A DNA stretch of 64,000 nt from an uncultured Clostridiaceae bacterium. GTDB lineage: Bacteria; Bacillota; Clostridia; Lachnospirales; Lachnospiraceae. Under the pieces are notes generated by a model. The model did not search any database, had not been told where the DNA came from, and saw only the letters and a list, made by a program, of their open reading frames with translations. The position numbers and the translations under genes were made by a program. The stretch spans positions 38,667 through 102,666 of the forward strand of contig CABSIM010000003.1 of assembly GCA_902477765.1 (NCBI GenBank), read 5' to 3'. Below, piece after piece: positions 10,140-20,254 of the stretch; positions within the stretch are counted from its first letter, which is position 1; every line of letters starts with the position of its first letter.

Positions 10140-10434
10140 GATTTCCTATATACGGAAACCCATTGCAAAACGGAGTTTTGTTTCGGCAGGGCTGGCTGCT
10201 GCCTCCCTGCTGTTCGCCGCCGCATCCATTGTGACAGCCTGCCGGTTTCCGGGAAATGCGCCGCTGACGGCGGCAGCTCTCGGAATGTCCAGCATTCTGA
10301 CGGCAGTGTCGGGGGCGGTTTACGGTGTCCTTTCCTTTTTTGAAAAGGAGAAAAACTACATTCTGGCCAAAATCAGCCTGGCCGGATCCGGGATTCTGAT
10401 CTTTATCTGGCTGGTGATCATTGCGCTGGGATGA
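10120..10434 (+). CDS. Small 3-TM membrane protein (DUF6142-like)
   Basis: Basic N-terminus then three hydrophobic segments; overlaps the vanZ end; GGAG upstream of the GTG. Confidence 0.6.
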   Translation: MKRIGNKISYIRKPIAKRSFVSAGLAAASLLFAAASIVTACRFPGNAPLTAAALGMSSILTAVSGAVYGVLSFFEKEKNYILAKISLAGSGILIFIWLVIIALG

Positions 10435-10453
10435 GCGGGAAAAGGAGGCAGAA

Positions 10454-12553
10454 ATGGAAGAAGAAATTTTAAGAGAACGGTATGAGCTGTCCCTCGGGAG
10501 AATACGTCAGATCCCGGAGGAAGAGACCGTGGCAGAGCCTTACAGAGATTTTTTCCGTCAGGCAGCTTCTTTTGTGATGATGCTGGACGAGCTTCGCAGA
10601 GCCAGAGAGGACGGTTCCTTTTTCAGGCTGAGTCCGGCGGAAAAAGAACAGTGGAATCACAGACTCTATGAAGATATACTTCCGGGTCATTATGAAACCA
10701 GCTATGGAAATCCCGCCTATGCTGCCGGACGCCTGGGAATGCCTCTTGGGAAACTTCTGTGTTTTCTGTACGCGGAGATCCGGGAGGGAATTGTCTATGT
10801 TTCTGAGGGGCGCCTTCTGGATCTGGTTATCTACCAGGAAGCCCTGATTGAGATCTACAACCTGTTTGAAGAGGAAATCCCGGAGGAAAAGTCCGTCCGG
10901 GACGTGCTTTACTGGTGCGTCAGCGATTACTGTGATGTGACACTGACAGAAAGAGTCCGGGAAACTCTGGATCCGTCGGTGGATTTCGCGGAGCGGATCA
11001 TCATGGAAAGTGATCTGAAGGATCTTTCCTATCTTTATCTTTATGGCGCATATATTTCTGACAGCGAGCGGAAAACGGCGGAATTTCTCAACAGCCTGCC
11101 GGAGGCAGCCATAAAGAAGATGGCAGATACGTTTACGGAAGGATATATCCGCGGGTTTCAGGTGATGGGGAGAGATCTTTCCGCAAAAAAAACTGCGGCG
11201 ATCCGTTACCCCATCGGCTTTGAACGAATGATCCGGGAAGCGGTGAAGAATTTCCGGGCGGCAGGACTGCAGGTGATCCTGCCCAGGACTGCAGCCGGAA
11301 GCGTAAACAGAAATCCGGCCGGCCAGAACGGATACTGCAGCAGTTCTCCCAACCGCCAGTATGACTATGATCACAGGTATGACAGCGCCGTGTTTTATGA
11401 CAAGGCATTCCGCGACAGAAAACTGGCGGTGCTGAAAACTGCCTATGAGAAATATAGGAAAGAGGCGTCCTGGTATGCGGGGCCGGCGGTTCTGGAAACC
11501 TTCGGAGAAGAAGGATTTGCGCCGGTCAACCGGGATGAGGCCTGGAGCTTTACGGAGAAACAGCAGAAACTGTATCTGGAATACAGGAATCTTTCCATGC
11601 CGACGGTCAATGAATACATTCCCGGCGATGAGACCAGCTATACCATCATGGCCTTTCCGGTTCCTGCCATCGGGAAGCAGTTTCCGGAGATTTTTGACGA
11701 GACCATCCGGATCAACACACTGGATTATGAGACCTACAGCCGGTATCAGCAGATTCTGATCGATACCCTGGACAAGGCAGATCATGTCCGGATTCTGGGA
11801 AAGGGAAAGAACACCACGGACCTTACGGTTTCCCTGGCAGATCTTACGGACGGGAAAACCCAGACAAAATTTGAAAACTGTGTGGCGGATGTGAATATTC
11901 CTCTGGGGGAAGTGTTCACGTCTCCCAGACTTTCAGGAACCTGCGGAGTTCTGAATGTGGAAACCGTCTATATCGGAGAAATTCAGTTCAGAAATCTGAA
12001 ACTTGTTTTTGAAAACGGACGGGTAAAGGAGATTTCCTGCGATAATTTCCTGGAGCGTCTTCCAAAAGACGCGGATGAAAAAGAAAAGGAACAGGCCCGG
12101 GAAGAGGGAAAACGTCTTGTGATCCAGCAGATCATGAACGGACATGAGGACCTTCCCATGGGAGAATTTGCCATCGGCACCAATACGGCGGCCTATGCCA
12201 TGGCGGAACGGTTCGGGATTCTGGACCGCCTGCCCATTCTGATTGTGGAAAAGATGGGACCGCATTTTGCCGTGGGCGACACCTGCTACAGCTGGTCGGA
12301 AGACAGCCCCATGTATAATCCTGACGGAAAGGAAATGATTGCCAGGGACAACGAGATCTCCATTCTCCGGAAGGAAGATGTGAAAAAGGCATATTTCGGC
12401 GTTCATACGGATATTACGATTCCTTATAAAGAAATCGGAACCATCGAAGCTGTCAGCAGTGACGGCACCGCATATGGGATTATCAGAGACGGGCGGTTTG
12501 TTCTTCCGGGGCTTTCCCCGTTAAATCTGCCGCTGGATTCTCTGAATTCATGA
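10454..12553 (+). CDS. Aminopeptidase, thermophilic metalloprotease (M29)-like with long N-terminal extension
   Basis: NIPLGEVFTSP, GEFAIGTN, EKMGPHFAVG and HTD metal-ligand pattern of M29/AmpS; AAGGAGG RBS before ATG 10454. Confidence 0.8.
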   Translation: MEEEILRERYELSLGRIRQIPEEETVAEPYRDFFRQAASFVMMLDELRRAREDGSFFRLSPAEKEQWNHRLYEDILPGHYETSYGNPAYAAGRLGMPLGKLLCFLYAEIREGIVYVSEGRLLDLVIYQEALIEIYNLFEEEIPEEKSVRDVLYWCVSDYCDVTLTERVRETLDPSVDFAERIIMESDLKDLSYLYLYGAYISDSERKTAEFLNSLPEAAIKKMADTFTEGYIRGFQVMGRDLSAKKTAAIRYPIGFERMIREAVKNFRAAGLQVILPRTAAGSVNRNPAGQNGYCSSSPNRQYDYDHRYDSAVFYDKAFRDRKLAVLKTAYEKYRKEASWYAGPAVLETFGEEGFAPVNRDEAWSFTEKQQKLYLEYRNLSMPTVNEYIPGDETSYTIMAFPVPAIGKQFPEIFDETIRINTLDYETYSRYQQILIDTLDKADHVRILGKGKNTTDLTVSLADLTDGKTQTKFENCVADVNIPLGEVFTSPRLSGTCGVLNVETVYIGEIQFRNLKLVFENGRVKEISCDNFLERLPKDADEKEKEQAREEGKRLVIQQIMNGHEDLPMGEFAIGTNTAAYAMAERFGILDRLPILIVEKMGPHFAVGDTCYSWSEDSPMYNPDGKEMIARDNEISILRKEDVKKAYFGVHTDITIPYKEIGTIEAVSSDGTAYGIIRDGRFVLPGLSPLNLPLDSLNS

Positions 12554-12561
12554 GATTGCTC

Positions 12562-12590
12562 TTGACGCGGCAATAAAAAGCTAGTATGAT
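12562..12590 (+). promoter_or_regulatory. Sigma-A promoter of purE, overlapped by a long inverted repeat
   Basis: TTGACG (12562-12567), 17 nt spacer, TATGAT (12585-12590). Confidence 0.6.
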
Positions 12591-12674
12591 GATTGATAAG
12601 AAAGAATATTCATCATGCTAGCTTTTATTAATTTTACTTATTAATAACCATAATGAGAAAGAGGAGAGAAGACA

Positions 12675-13193
12675 ATGGCAAAAGTTGGGATTGTAATGGG
12701 AAGCGATTCGGATATGCCGGTTATGGCTCAGGCTGCCGACATGCTGGAGGAACTTGGCGTTGATTTTGAAATGACCATCATTTCCGCCCACAGGGAACCG
12801 GATATTTTCTATGAATATGCAAAATCTGCAGAGAGCAAGGGAATCAAGGTAATCATTGCCGGAGCCGGAAAAGCAGCACATCTTCCGGGAATGTGTGCGG
12901 CGATCTTTCCCCTTCCGGTTATCGGAATCCCCATGAAGACGTCAGACCTTGGCGGTGTGGATTCCCTGTATTCCATTGTCCAGATGCCGTCCGGCATCCC
13001 GGTGGCTACCGTGGCCATCAACGGAGGAAAAAATGCCGGCATTCTGGCAGCAAAAATTCTCGCGGCTTCCGATCCGGAGCTTCTGGAGAGACTGAAAGCC
13101 TATTCTGAAAAACTGAAACATGAGGTGGAAGGAAAGGCAGAGAAACTGGAGCAGATCGGCTATAAGGAATATCTGGCAGGAATGAAAAAGTAA
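12675..13193 (+). CDS. purE: N5-carboxyaminoimidazole ribonucleotide mutase
   Basis: VMGSDSD, SAHR, AGAGKAAHLPG and SIVQMPSGIPVATV. Confidence 0.97.
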   Translation: MAKVGIVMGSDSDMPVMAQAADMLEELGVDFEMTIISAHREPDIFYEYAKSAESKGIKVIIAGAGKAAHLPGMCAAIFPLPVIGIPMKTSDLGGVDSLYSIVQMPSGIPVATVAINGGKNAGILAAKILAASDPELLERLKAYSEKLKHEVEGKAEKLEQIGYKEYLAGMKK

Positions 13194-13335
13194 AAAAGAA
13201 GAAACAGAAGAAATCACAAGCGTCAGGAAAACGGAAAGAAGCTGAAAGGAAAAAGAAAGGGGCGGCGCTGCAGTCCCGTTTCCGGAAAGAGCGGAAGCGG
13301 GGGGACGGAAAAGCCGCCGGTACAGGAGGAAATCT

Positions 13336-14367
13336 ATGGATTACAAGAAGGCCGGAGTGGATATCGAAGCTGGTTATAAATCAGTGGAGCTTATGAAACA
13401 GTATGTGAAGGGCACCATGCGTCCGGAAGTCATGGGCGGAATCGGAGGATTTTCCGGTGCGTTTTCTGCAGCCGCTTTTAAAAACATGGAACATCCGGTG
13501 ATGCTGTCCGGAACCGACGGCGTAGGAACCAAGCTGAAACTGGCGTTCCTGATGGACCGCCATGACACGGTGGGCATCGACTGTGTGGCCATGTGCGTCA
13601 ACGATGTGGCATGCGCAGGCGGCGAGCCGCTGTTTTTCCTGGACTATATAGCCTGCGGAAAGCAGGTGCCGGAGCGGATTGCCACCATCGTATCCGGTGT
13701 GGCGGAAGGATGCCGTCAGGCAGGCGCTGCCCTGATCGGCGGTGAGACTGCCGAGATGCCCGGCTTCTATCCGGAAGACGAATATGACCTGGCAGGGTTT
13801 GCCGTGGGTGTTGTGGATGAAAAAGACATGGTGGACGGAAAAGATCTGAAGGCCGGTGACGTGCTGATCGGAATGGCGTCCTCCGGCGTACATTCCAACG
13901 GATTCTCCCTGGTGCGGAAGGTATTCGAAGATCAGATGACAAAAGAAGGCCTGAATACATATTATGAGGAGCTGGGAGGCACACTGGGAGAGGTTCTTCT
14001 GGCGCCCACAAAGATTTATGTGAAAGCCCTGAAAGCCGTAAAGGAAGCAGGCGTGAAGGTTCATGCCTGCAGCCATATCACAGGCGGCGGTTTCTATGAG
14101 AATGTTCCCAGAATGCTGAAAGACGGCATCTGCGCAAAAATCGAGAAGAACAGCTATCCGGTTCCGCCCATTTTCGGACTGATGCAGAAAAAGGGCGAGA
14201 TCGAAGAGAAGATCATGTACAATACCTTCAATATGGGAATCGGAATGGTGGTGGCCGTGGATCAGGCCGATGCTGAGAAAGCCATGGAGGCCATGAAGGC
14301 GGCAGGAGAGACTCCCTATTTGATCGGTTCCGTCTGTGAAGGAGAAAAGGGAGTGACTTTATGCTGA
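13336..14367 (+). CDS. purM: Phosphoribosylformylglycinamidine cyclo-ligase
   Basis: [42 protein letters not shown] and TFNMGIG. Confidence 0.97.
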   Translation: MDYKKAGVDIEAGYKSVELMKQYVKGTMRPEVMGGIGGFSGAFSAAAFKNMEHPVMLSGTDGVGTKLKLAFLMDRHDTVGIDCVAMCVNDVACAGGEPLFFLDYIACGKQVPERIATIVSGVAEGCRQAGAALIGGETAEMPGFYPEDEYDLAGFAVGVVDEKDMVDGKDLKAGDVLIGMASSGVHSNGFSLVRKVFEDQMTKEGLNTYYEELGGTLGEVLLAPTKIYVKALKAVKEAGVKVHACSHITGGGFYENVPRMLKDGICAKIEKNSYPVPPIFGLMQKKGEIEEKIMYNTFNMGIGMVVAVDQADAEKAMEAMKAAGETPYLIGSVCEGEKGVTLC

Positions 14368-14954
14368 GACTCGGCGTTCTGGTATCCGGAGGCGGCACCA
14401 ACCTGCAGGCGATTCTGGATGCCATTGATAACGGCATCGTCACAGGTGCGGCAGTGGAACTGGTTCTCAGCAACAACCCGGGCGCCTATGCTCTGGAACG
14501 GGCCAGAAATCACAGAATTCCGGCAGAGTGCGTATCCCCGAAGGATTTTGAGAGCCGTGAGGAATTCAACCGCGCGCTGCTTGCAAAAGTGGATTCCTAT
14601 CACCTGGACCTGATTGTTCTGGCAGGATTTCTTGTGAAGATACCGGTGGAGATGATTGCCGCCTACAGAAACCGGATCATCAATGTCCACCCGTCCCTGA
14701 TTCCGTCATTCTGCGGCGTGGGATATTATGGTCTCAAAGTCCATGAGGCGGCTCTGGCGCGGGGGGTAAAGATTACAGGTGCCACCGTACATTTTGTGGA
14801 CGAAGGCATGGACTCCGGTCCCATCATCCTCCAGAAGGCCGTGGAGGTAAAGGACGGGGATACACCGGAGATCCTTCAGAGACGTGTGATGGAAGAGGCG
14901 GAATGGAAGATTCTTCCCCGGGCCATTCACATGATTGCAAACCATATGATCTGA
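14361..14954 (+). CDS. purN: Phosphoribosylglycinamide formyltransferase
   Basis: [16 protein letters not shown] and [17 protein letters not shown]. Confidence 0.97.
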   Translation: MLRLGVLVSGGGTNLQAILDAIDNGIVTGAAVELVLSNNPGAYALERARNHRIPAECVSPKDFESREEFNRALLAKVDSYHLDLIVLAGFLVKIPVEMIAAYRNRIINVHPSLIPSFCGVGYYGLKVHEAALARGVKITGATVHFVDEGMDSGPIILQKAVEVKDGDTPEILQRRVMEEAEWKILPRAIHMIANHMI

Positions 14955-15011
14955 CAGTTTCCGGCCCGGGCCTTTCGGCGCGGGCCGTGCTTTTACGGAA
15001 GGATGGAAAAT

Positions 15012-16289
15012 ATGAAAGTTCTGATTGTGGGAAGCGGCGGAAGAGAGCATGCCATTGCCTGGAAAGTGGCCCAGAGCAGCCGCGTGGATAAAATTTACTG
15101 TGCCCCCGGAAATGCCGGGATTGCGTCGGTGGCGGAATGTGTTCCCATCGGTGCCATGGAATTTGACCGCCTGGTGGAATTTGCCAGGGAAAATGAAATT
15201 GATCTGACGGTGGTAGGTATGGATGATCCGCTGGTGGGAGGTATCGTGGACCGGTTCGAGGAAGCGGGACTCAGGGTGTTCGGTCCCAGGAAGAATGCGG
15301 CGATTCTGGAAGGATCCAAGGCATTTGCCAAAAACCTGATGAAGAAATACCATATTCCGACGGCGGACTATGAAACATTTACGGATCCGGAAAAAGCTCT
15401 GGAATACCTGGAACATGCAAAGATGCCCATTGTCCTCAAAGCTGACGGACTGGCCCTGGGAAAAGGCGTTCTGATCTGCAATACCCTGGAAGAAGCCAGA
15501 GAAGGCGTAAAAACGCTGATGACCGATAAAAAATTCGGTTCCGCAGGCGATGAGATTGTGATCGAAGAGTTCATGACCGGAAGGGAAGTTTCCGTTCTGT
15601 CTTTCGTGGACGGAAATACGGTAAAAATCATGAGTTCCGCCCAGGATCACAAGCGGGCCAAGGACGGAGATCAGGGCCTCAACACCGGCGGTATGGGCAA
15701 TTTCTCGCCCAGTCCCTTCTATACGGAAGAGGTGGACCGGTTCTGCAGGAAGTATATCTATCAGCCCACTGTGGATGCCATGAAGGCCGAAGGACGGCCG
15801 TTCAAAGGGGTGATCTTTTTCGGGCTTATGCTGACGGAAGACGGACCCAAGGTGCTGGAATACAACGCCAGATTCGGCGATCCGGAGGCGCAGGTGGTGC
15901 TTCCGCGTCTGGAAAATGACATTGTGGATGTGTTTGAGGCGTGCATCGACGGTACGCTGGATCAGATTGACCTGAAGTTTGACAACAACAGGGCCACTGT
16001 ATGTGTCATTCTGGCATCTGACGGATACCCGGTGGAATATAAAAAAGGATTTCCCATCCGGGGGCTGGAAACGTTTGAAGGAAAAGACGGATATTATGTA
16101 TTTCACTCCGGCACAAAGTTCGCAGAGGACGGCACCATTGTCACCAACGGCGGCCGGGTTCTGGGAGTAACTGCCAACGGTGCAACTCTGAAAGAAGCCA
16201 GGGAAAATGCTTACAGGGCTGCGGAGTGGGTGGAATTTGAGAACAAATATATGCGTCATGACATCGGAAAGTCCATTGAAGAAGTCTAG
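15012..16289 (+). CDS. purD: Phosphoribosylamine-glycine ligase
   Basis: GSGGREHA, KADGLALGKGV, QDHKR, NTGGMG and EYNARFGDPE. Start is 15012 or 15003. Confidence 0.97.
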   Translation: MKVLIVGSGGREHAIAWKVAQSSRVDKIYCAPGNAGIASVAECVPIGAMEFDRLVEFARENEIDLTVVGMDDPLVGGIVDRFEEAGLRVFGPRKNAAILEGSKAFAKNLMKKYHIPTADYETFTDPEKALEYLEHAKMPIVLKADGLALGKGVLICNTLEEAREGVKTLMTDKKFGSAGDEIVIEEFMTGREVSVLSFVDGNTVKIMSSAQDHKRAKDGDQGLNTGGMGNFSPSPFYTEEVDRFCRKYIYQPTVDAMKAEGRPFKGVIFFGLMLTEDGPKVLEYNARFGDPEAQVVLPRLENDIVDVFEACIDGTLDQIDLKFDNNRATVCVILASDGYPVEYKKGFPIRGLETFEGKDGYYVFHSGTKFAEDGTIVTNGGRVLGVTANGATLKEARENAYRAAEWVEFENKYMRHDIGKSIEEV

Positions 16290-16314
16290 AAAAACCGCAG
16301 AAAAATCATAAGAA

Positions 16315-16358
16315 AGAGGCACGGACGGCCGGAAAACGGCTGGCTGTGCCTTTTTTAT
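16315..16358 (+). terminator. Rho-independent terminator after purD
   Basis: AGGCACGG...CTGTGCCT stem followed by a T-run. Confidence 0.7.
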
Positions 16359-16665
16359 TATACAGAAAACTTTGTTCCGTGTATAATAAAATACTCTGCA
16401 GGCGTACCGCAGCGGAAAGGAAAGGGCTGAAGAAACGGCCCGCCGCAGGCAGAGAATCCTGCAGAACCGGATTCTTTTTTATACAGCCGGGAAGAGTTAT
16501 GAAAAGCTTAAGCGGAAAGTAAAGAACGGCAGGAAAAATCCTGATATAATGAAAAAAAGGGAAAGGAGCGGGAGAAAAAGAACCGGAGAGGCCGGGAAAA
16601 ATCAGAGTACGGACCGGTACATGAAATCCGGACAGGACGTGAAGGAAGAAAGGGGGAAAACGGCA

Positions 16666-18051
16666 ATGAAAAAAACAGTATTTGTATGGGGAATCATGGC
16701 CGCAGCAGCTCTGGTGTTCAGTGGCTGCAGTCTGACGGAAACGGGCGAGCAGGGAATGGAACTCCGGGAAACGGACGGAGGGGAGGTACTGGCGGAAGCC
16801 GTATATCCGGAGATGGCTCCCTATCCGAATGAACGGGAGTATATCAACACCCGGACCGGAGAATTTGACGACGAAGGATTTCAGGAAGTTTACGGCGCAT
16901 GGCGGAGCGGAAAAGCGGCTCTGAATGAGCTTCCGGAAGCTGACGGAACGGCCATGGGAACTTTTACGGAGCAGTCCGTGAGACAGTTTCTGTCAGGAAG
17001 CGGAGATGAAAACCGGATCTGTTCGCCGGTCAATCTCTATGTGGCTCTGGCCATGCTGGCGGAAACCACAGGCGGGGAAAGCAGGCAGCAGATTCTGAGC
17101 CTTCTGGACGCGGACGGAACCGAGGAACTGGAGAAACGGGCGGGGAATCTCTGGAAACTGTGTTACAGCAATGACGGAGCTGTGACCAGTCTTCTGGCCA
17201 ATTCCCTGTGGCTTCAGGAGGGAATGCAGTATGACAGTCAGGTGCTGGAACATATGAAAGAAACGTATCATGCCTCTGCCTACAGAGGAGTCATGGGATC
17301 AGAGGAGTATAACAGACTTCTGCAGGACTGGCTTGACCGGCAGACGGGAGGCCTTCTGAAGGATCAGGCTTCCGGCATGAAACTGGACCATGACACGGTG
17401 TTTGCTCTTGCCAGCACGATTCTGTATCAGGCCAGATGGAAGGCGGAATTTTCCGAAAACAACACAAAGGAAGCGGTCTTTCATGGAAATGCCGGGGATA
17501 CTCCCTGTGAATTTCTAAACAGCAGCAGCTACGGAAATTATTACTGGTCAGATCAGTTTGCGGCTGTTTCCCTGGAACTGAATGAGAGCGGTGCCATGTG
17601 GATCATTCTGCCGGATGAGGATGTGTCTGTAGATGATGTTCTGAGCGGAAAGCAGATGTTTGAGCTTACCGCACCGGGAACGGAATGGAAGGACCGGAAA
17701 TATCTGAAAGTAAATCTGTCCGTTCCCAAATTTGATGCTGCTTCGGATCTGAATCTGGGAGACGGGCTGAGGGCCCTTGGTGTATGTGACATTTTTGACC
17801 CGGAAACCGCAGATTTTTCTCCGCTTTTCGGAGAAACAGACGGAATTTTCCTGTCCGCGGCACAGCATGCCGCCCGTGTGAAGATAGACGAACAGGGAGT
17901 TGAAGCGGCTGCCTATACGGTTATGGCAGCTGCCGGAGCTGCCATGCCGCCGGATGATGAGGTGGATTTTACGGCAGACAGGCCGTTTCTGTTTATGATC
18001 ACATCACAGCATGGATATCCCCTGTTTGCCGGTGTGGTTAATGAACCGTAA
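16666..18051 (+). CDS. Serpin family lipoprotein
   Basis: Signal peptide with lipobox VFSG-C; N.ICSP, ANSLW, W.AEF and VPKF motifs; hinge DEQGVEAAAYT; serpin signature FTADRPFLFMI...LFAG.V.EP. Confidence 0.9.
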   Translation: MKKTVFVWGIMAAAALVFSGCSLTETGEQGMELRETDGGEVLAEAVYPEMAPYPNEREYINTRTGEFDDEGFQEVYGAWRSGKAALNELPEADGTAMGTFTEQSVRQFLSGSGDENRICSPVNLYVALAMLAETTGGESRQQILSLLDADGTEELEKRAGNLWKLCYSNDGAVTSLLANSLWLQEGMQYDSQVLEHMKETYHASAYRGVMGSEEYNRLLQDWLDRQTGGLLKDQASGMKLDHDTVFALASTILYQARWKAEFSENNTKEAVFHGNAGDTPCEFLNSSSYGNYYWSDQFAAVSLELNESGAMWIILPDEDVSVDDVLSGKQMFELTAPGTEWKDRKYLKVNLSVPKFDAASDLNLGDGLRALGVCDIFDPETADFSPLFGETDGIFLSAAQHAARVKIDEQGVEAAAYTVMAAAGAAMPPDDEVDFTADRPFLFMITSQHGYPLFAGVVNEP

Positions 18052-18178
18052 AAAACGGAACCCGAAGGAACATCGGAATGATTTGCGCGGCAGTGCCGGT
18101 GTTCCAATAAAATCTTTTTTTGAAAAAGGCAGAGAAAGCACCGGGGAAGTGTCAGCAGAAGGGGGGACGGGAAAAGAG

Positions 18179-18583
18179 ATGGAGGAAGAAAAAAACAGGA
18201 AAACTGAAAACCGCACAGAAAACAGCTCAGAAAGCCGGATGGCAGGCGGAACGGAAAAAGAACCGGGAAAAAGCGGAAGCAGAATTTTCCTACGGATGGT
18301 TTCTGTTTTCATGGCGGCATTTGCGGTCATATCTGCGGGTACCTGGAAAAAGAACGGCTGGTGCATGGGAGATGAAATTCTGGAGACTCTGGGATTAAAG
18401 GCATGGTCAGACGGTGACAGAGGCACCCACTATACCTTTTTCTATGGGATGGCCCTTCTGATTCTGGCGGCCCTTCTGTATTCGCGTACGGCAGAAAACC
18501 GGCAGAAGGCGTTCCGGCAGATTCTGATTCTGGCAGCGGCTCTGGCAGTTCTTGCGGGTATGCTGGCCGGATTTCTGCCATAA
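18179..18583 (+). CDS. Hypothetical membrane protein
   Basis: Charged N-terminus, three hydrophobic segments and a GD.IL..LGLKAWS....GTHYT loop; purine-rich RBS region. Confidence 0.6.
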   Translation: MEEEKNRKTENRTENSSESRMAGGTEKEPGKSGSRIFLRMVSVFMAAFAVISAGTWKKNGWCMGDEILETLGLKAWSDGDRGTHYTFFYGMALLILAALLYSRTAENRQKAFRQILILAAALAVLAGMLAGFLP

Positions 18584-18644
18584 GGGAGAACGGATGAAAG
18601 AAAACAGAAGAAGAGAGGGAAAGGATGGAAAAGGACGCCGGGGC

Positions 18645-18695
18645 TTGACACCGGAGAAGAAAAACGGTAATATACCAGTATAGAACACATGTTCG
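18645..18695 (+). promoter_or_regulatory. Sigma-A promoter with Firmicute LexA (SOS/Cheo) box
   Basis: TTGACA (18645-18650), 17 nt spacer, TAATAT; then GAAC-ACAT-GTTC (18683-18694), matching GAAC-N4-GTTC, just upstream of a Y-family polymerase. Confidence 0.85.
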
Positions 18696-18715
18696 AGAAA
18701 AGAAGGGCGGTCATC

Positions 18716-20254
18716 ATGGAGAAAATGGAAGAAAAAGTTTATATTGCCATTGATCTGAAATCATTTTACGCATCTGTGGAATGTGTGGAGAGAGGGCTGG
18801 ATCCGATGACCGCCAATCTGGTGGTGGCAGATGAGAGCCGTACAGCCAGAACCATCTGCCTGGCAGTGTCTCCGGCGCTGAAAGCATGGGGGATTCCGGG
18901 ACGTCCCAGGCTGTTTGAAGTAATCAGAAAGGTCAGGGAGATCAACGGAAAACGGCTGCAGCAGGCACCGGGGCACCGGTTTTCCGGCTCCTCCTGGGAT
19001 GACAGAAAACTGAAAAATTCGCCGGAACTGGCACTGGACTATATTGTGGCACCGCCTCAGATGGCCCATTACATGAAGCGCAGCACGGAGATTTATCAGA
19101 TATACCTCCGCTATATTGCACCGGAAGATATCCATGTCTATTCCATTGACGAGGTGTTTATTGATGCCACGGGATACCTGAAGATATATGGGATTTCCGC
19201 CAGAGAACTGGCCATGCGCATGATCCTTGATGTACTGAATGCCACGGGCATCACGGCAGCCGCCGGGATCGGAACCAATCTGTATCTCTGCAAGGTGGCC
19301 ATGGACATCGGTGCAAAGCATATTCAGCCGGATGAAAACGGTGTGCGCATTGCTGAGCTGGACGAGATCAGCTATCGCCGGACACTCTGGACGCACCGGC
19401 CGCTGACCGATTTCTGGAGAGTCGGAAAGGGATATGCCAAGCGTCTGGAGGAGCACGGGATTTTTACCATGGGAGATATTGCGAAATGTTCCCTGGGGAA
19501 AAACGGTGATTACTACAATGAGGAACTCCTGTACAGGATGTTCGGCGTCAATGCGGAACTTCTGATCGATCATGCCTGGGGATGGGAACCCTGCACCATA
19601 AAGGATATCAGGGAGTATAAACCGGAAAGCAGCAGCGTGGGAGCAGGACAGGTCCTCCATGAACCATATCCTTTTGAAAAGGCGGATCTTGTGGTGCGGG
19701 AGATGGCGGATCAGCTTTCCCTGGACCTGGTGGCCAGACGGCTGGTGACAGAGCAGATTACGCTGACGGTAGGGTATGATATGGAAAATCTCCGGGATCC
19801 GGAACGGAGGAAACAATATTCCGGGGATATTGCCACGGACCGCTATGGGCGCGATGTGCCGAAACATGCCCATGGAACCATCCATCTGGAAGGCGGTCCC
19901 ACGTCTTCGGCCAGACGGCTGACGGAGGCAGCGGCCGAGCTGTACAGAAGGATCGCGGATCCCGGTCTCCTGATAAGAAGGATCACCATTGCCGCACAGC
20001 AGGTGATGGATGAGGAAAGCATACCTCATGGAGAAGAGAACTTCGAACAGCTGGATCTTTTCACGGATTATGCAGCACGGGAGAAGCAGCAGGAAAAAGA
20101 ACGGACAGCGCTGGAACGGGAAAGGAAGATGCAGGAAGCCATGCTGGACATTAAAAAGAAATTTGGGAAGAATGCAATTCTGAAGGGGCTCAATCTGCAG
20201 CAGGGAGCCACCGGAAAACAGCGCAATGAGCAGATTGGAGGGCATAAGGCATGA
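18716..20254 (+). CDS. Y-family DNA polymerase (UmuC-like, Gram-positive type)
   Basis: IDLKSFYASVEC and YSIDE catalytic motifs, QLDLF clamp-binding motif, C-terminal RNEQIGGHKA. Confidence 0.92.
   Translation: MEKMEEKVYIAIDLKSFYASVECVERGLDPMTANLVVADESRTARTICLAVSPALKAWGIPGRPRLFEVIRKVREINGKRLQQAPGHRFSGSSWDDRKLKNSPELALDYIVAPPQMAHYMKRSTEIYQIYLRYIAPEDIHVYSIDEVFIDATGYLKIYGISARELAMRMILDVLNATGITAAAGIGTNLYLCKVAMDIGAKHIQPDENGVRIAELDEISYRRTLWTHRPLTDFWRVGKGYAKRLEEHGIFTMGDIAKCSLGKNGDYYNEELLYRMFGVNAELLIDHAWGWEPCTIKDIREYKPESSSVGAGQVLHEPYPFEKADLVVREMADQLSLDLVARRLVTEQITLTVGYDMENLRDPERRKQYSGDIATDRYGRDVPKHAHGTIHLEGGPTSSARRLTEAAAELYRRIADPGLLIRRITIAAQQVMDEESIPHGEENFEQLDLFTDYAAREKQQEKERTALERERKMQEAMLDIKKKFGKNAILKGLNLQQGATGKQRNEQIGGHKA

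Noticed and set aside
13194..13335. Riboswitch or missing purC/purF remnant between purE and purM
   Set aside because: Only purine-rich sequence and a weak GC hairpin; no purine/ZTP aptamer motif or coding remnant is recognisable.
16549..16665. N-terminal extension of the serpin ORF, and similar upstream extensions of leuC, ybaK, sleB and the HAD gene
   Set aside because: Downstream ATGs have RBSs and give proper signal peptides or family N-termini; several of the extensions overlap promoter or terminator elements.
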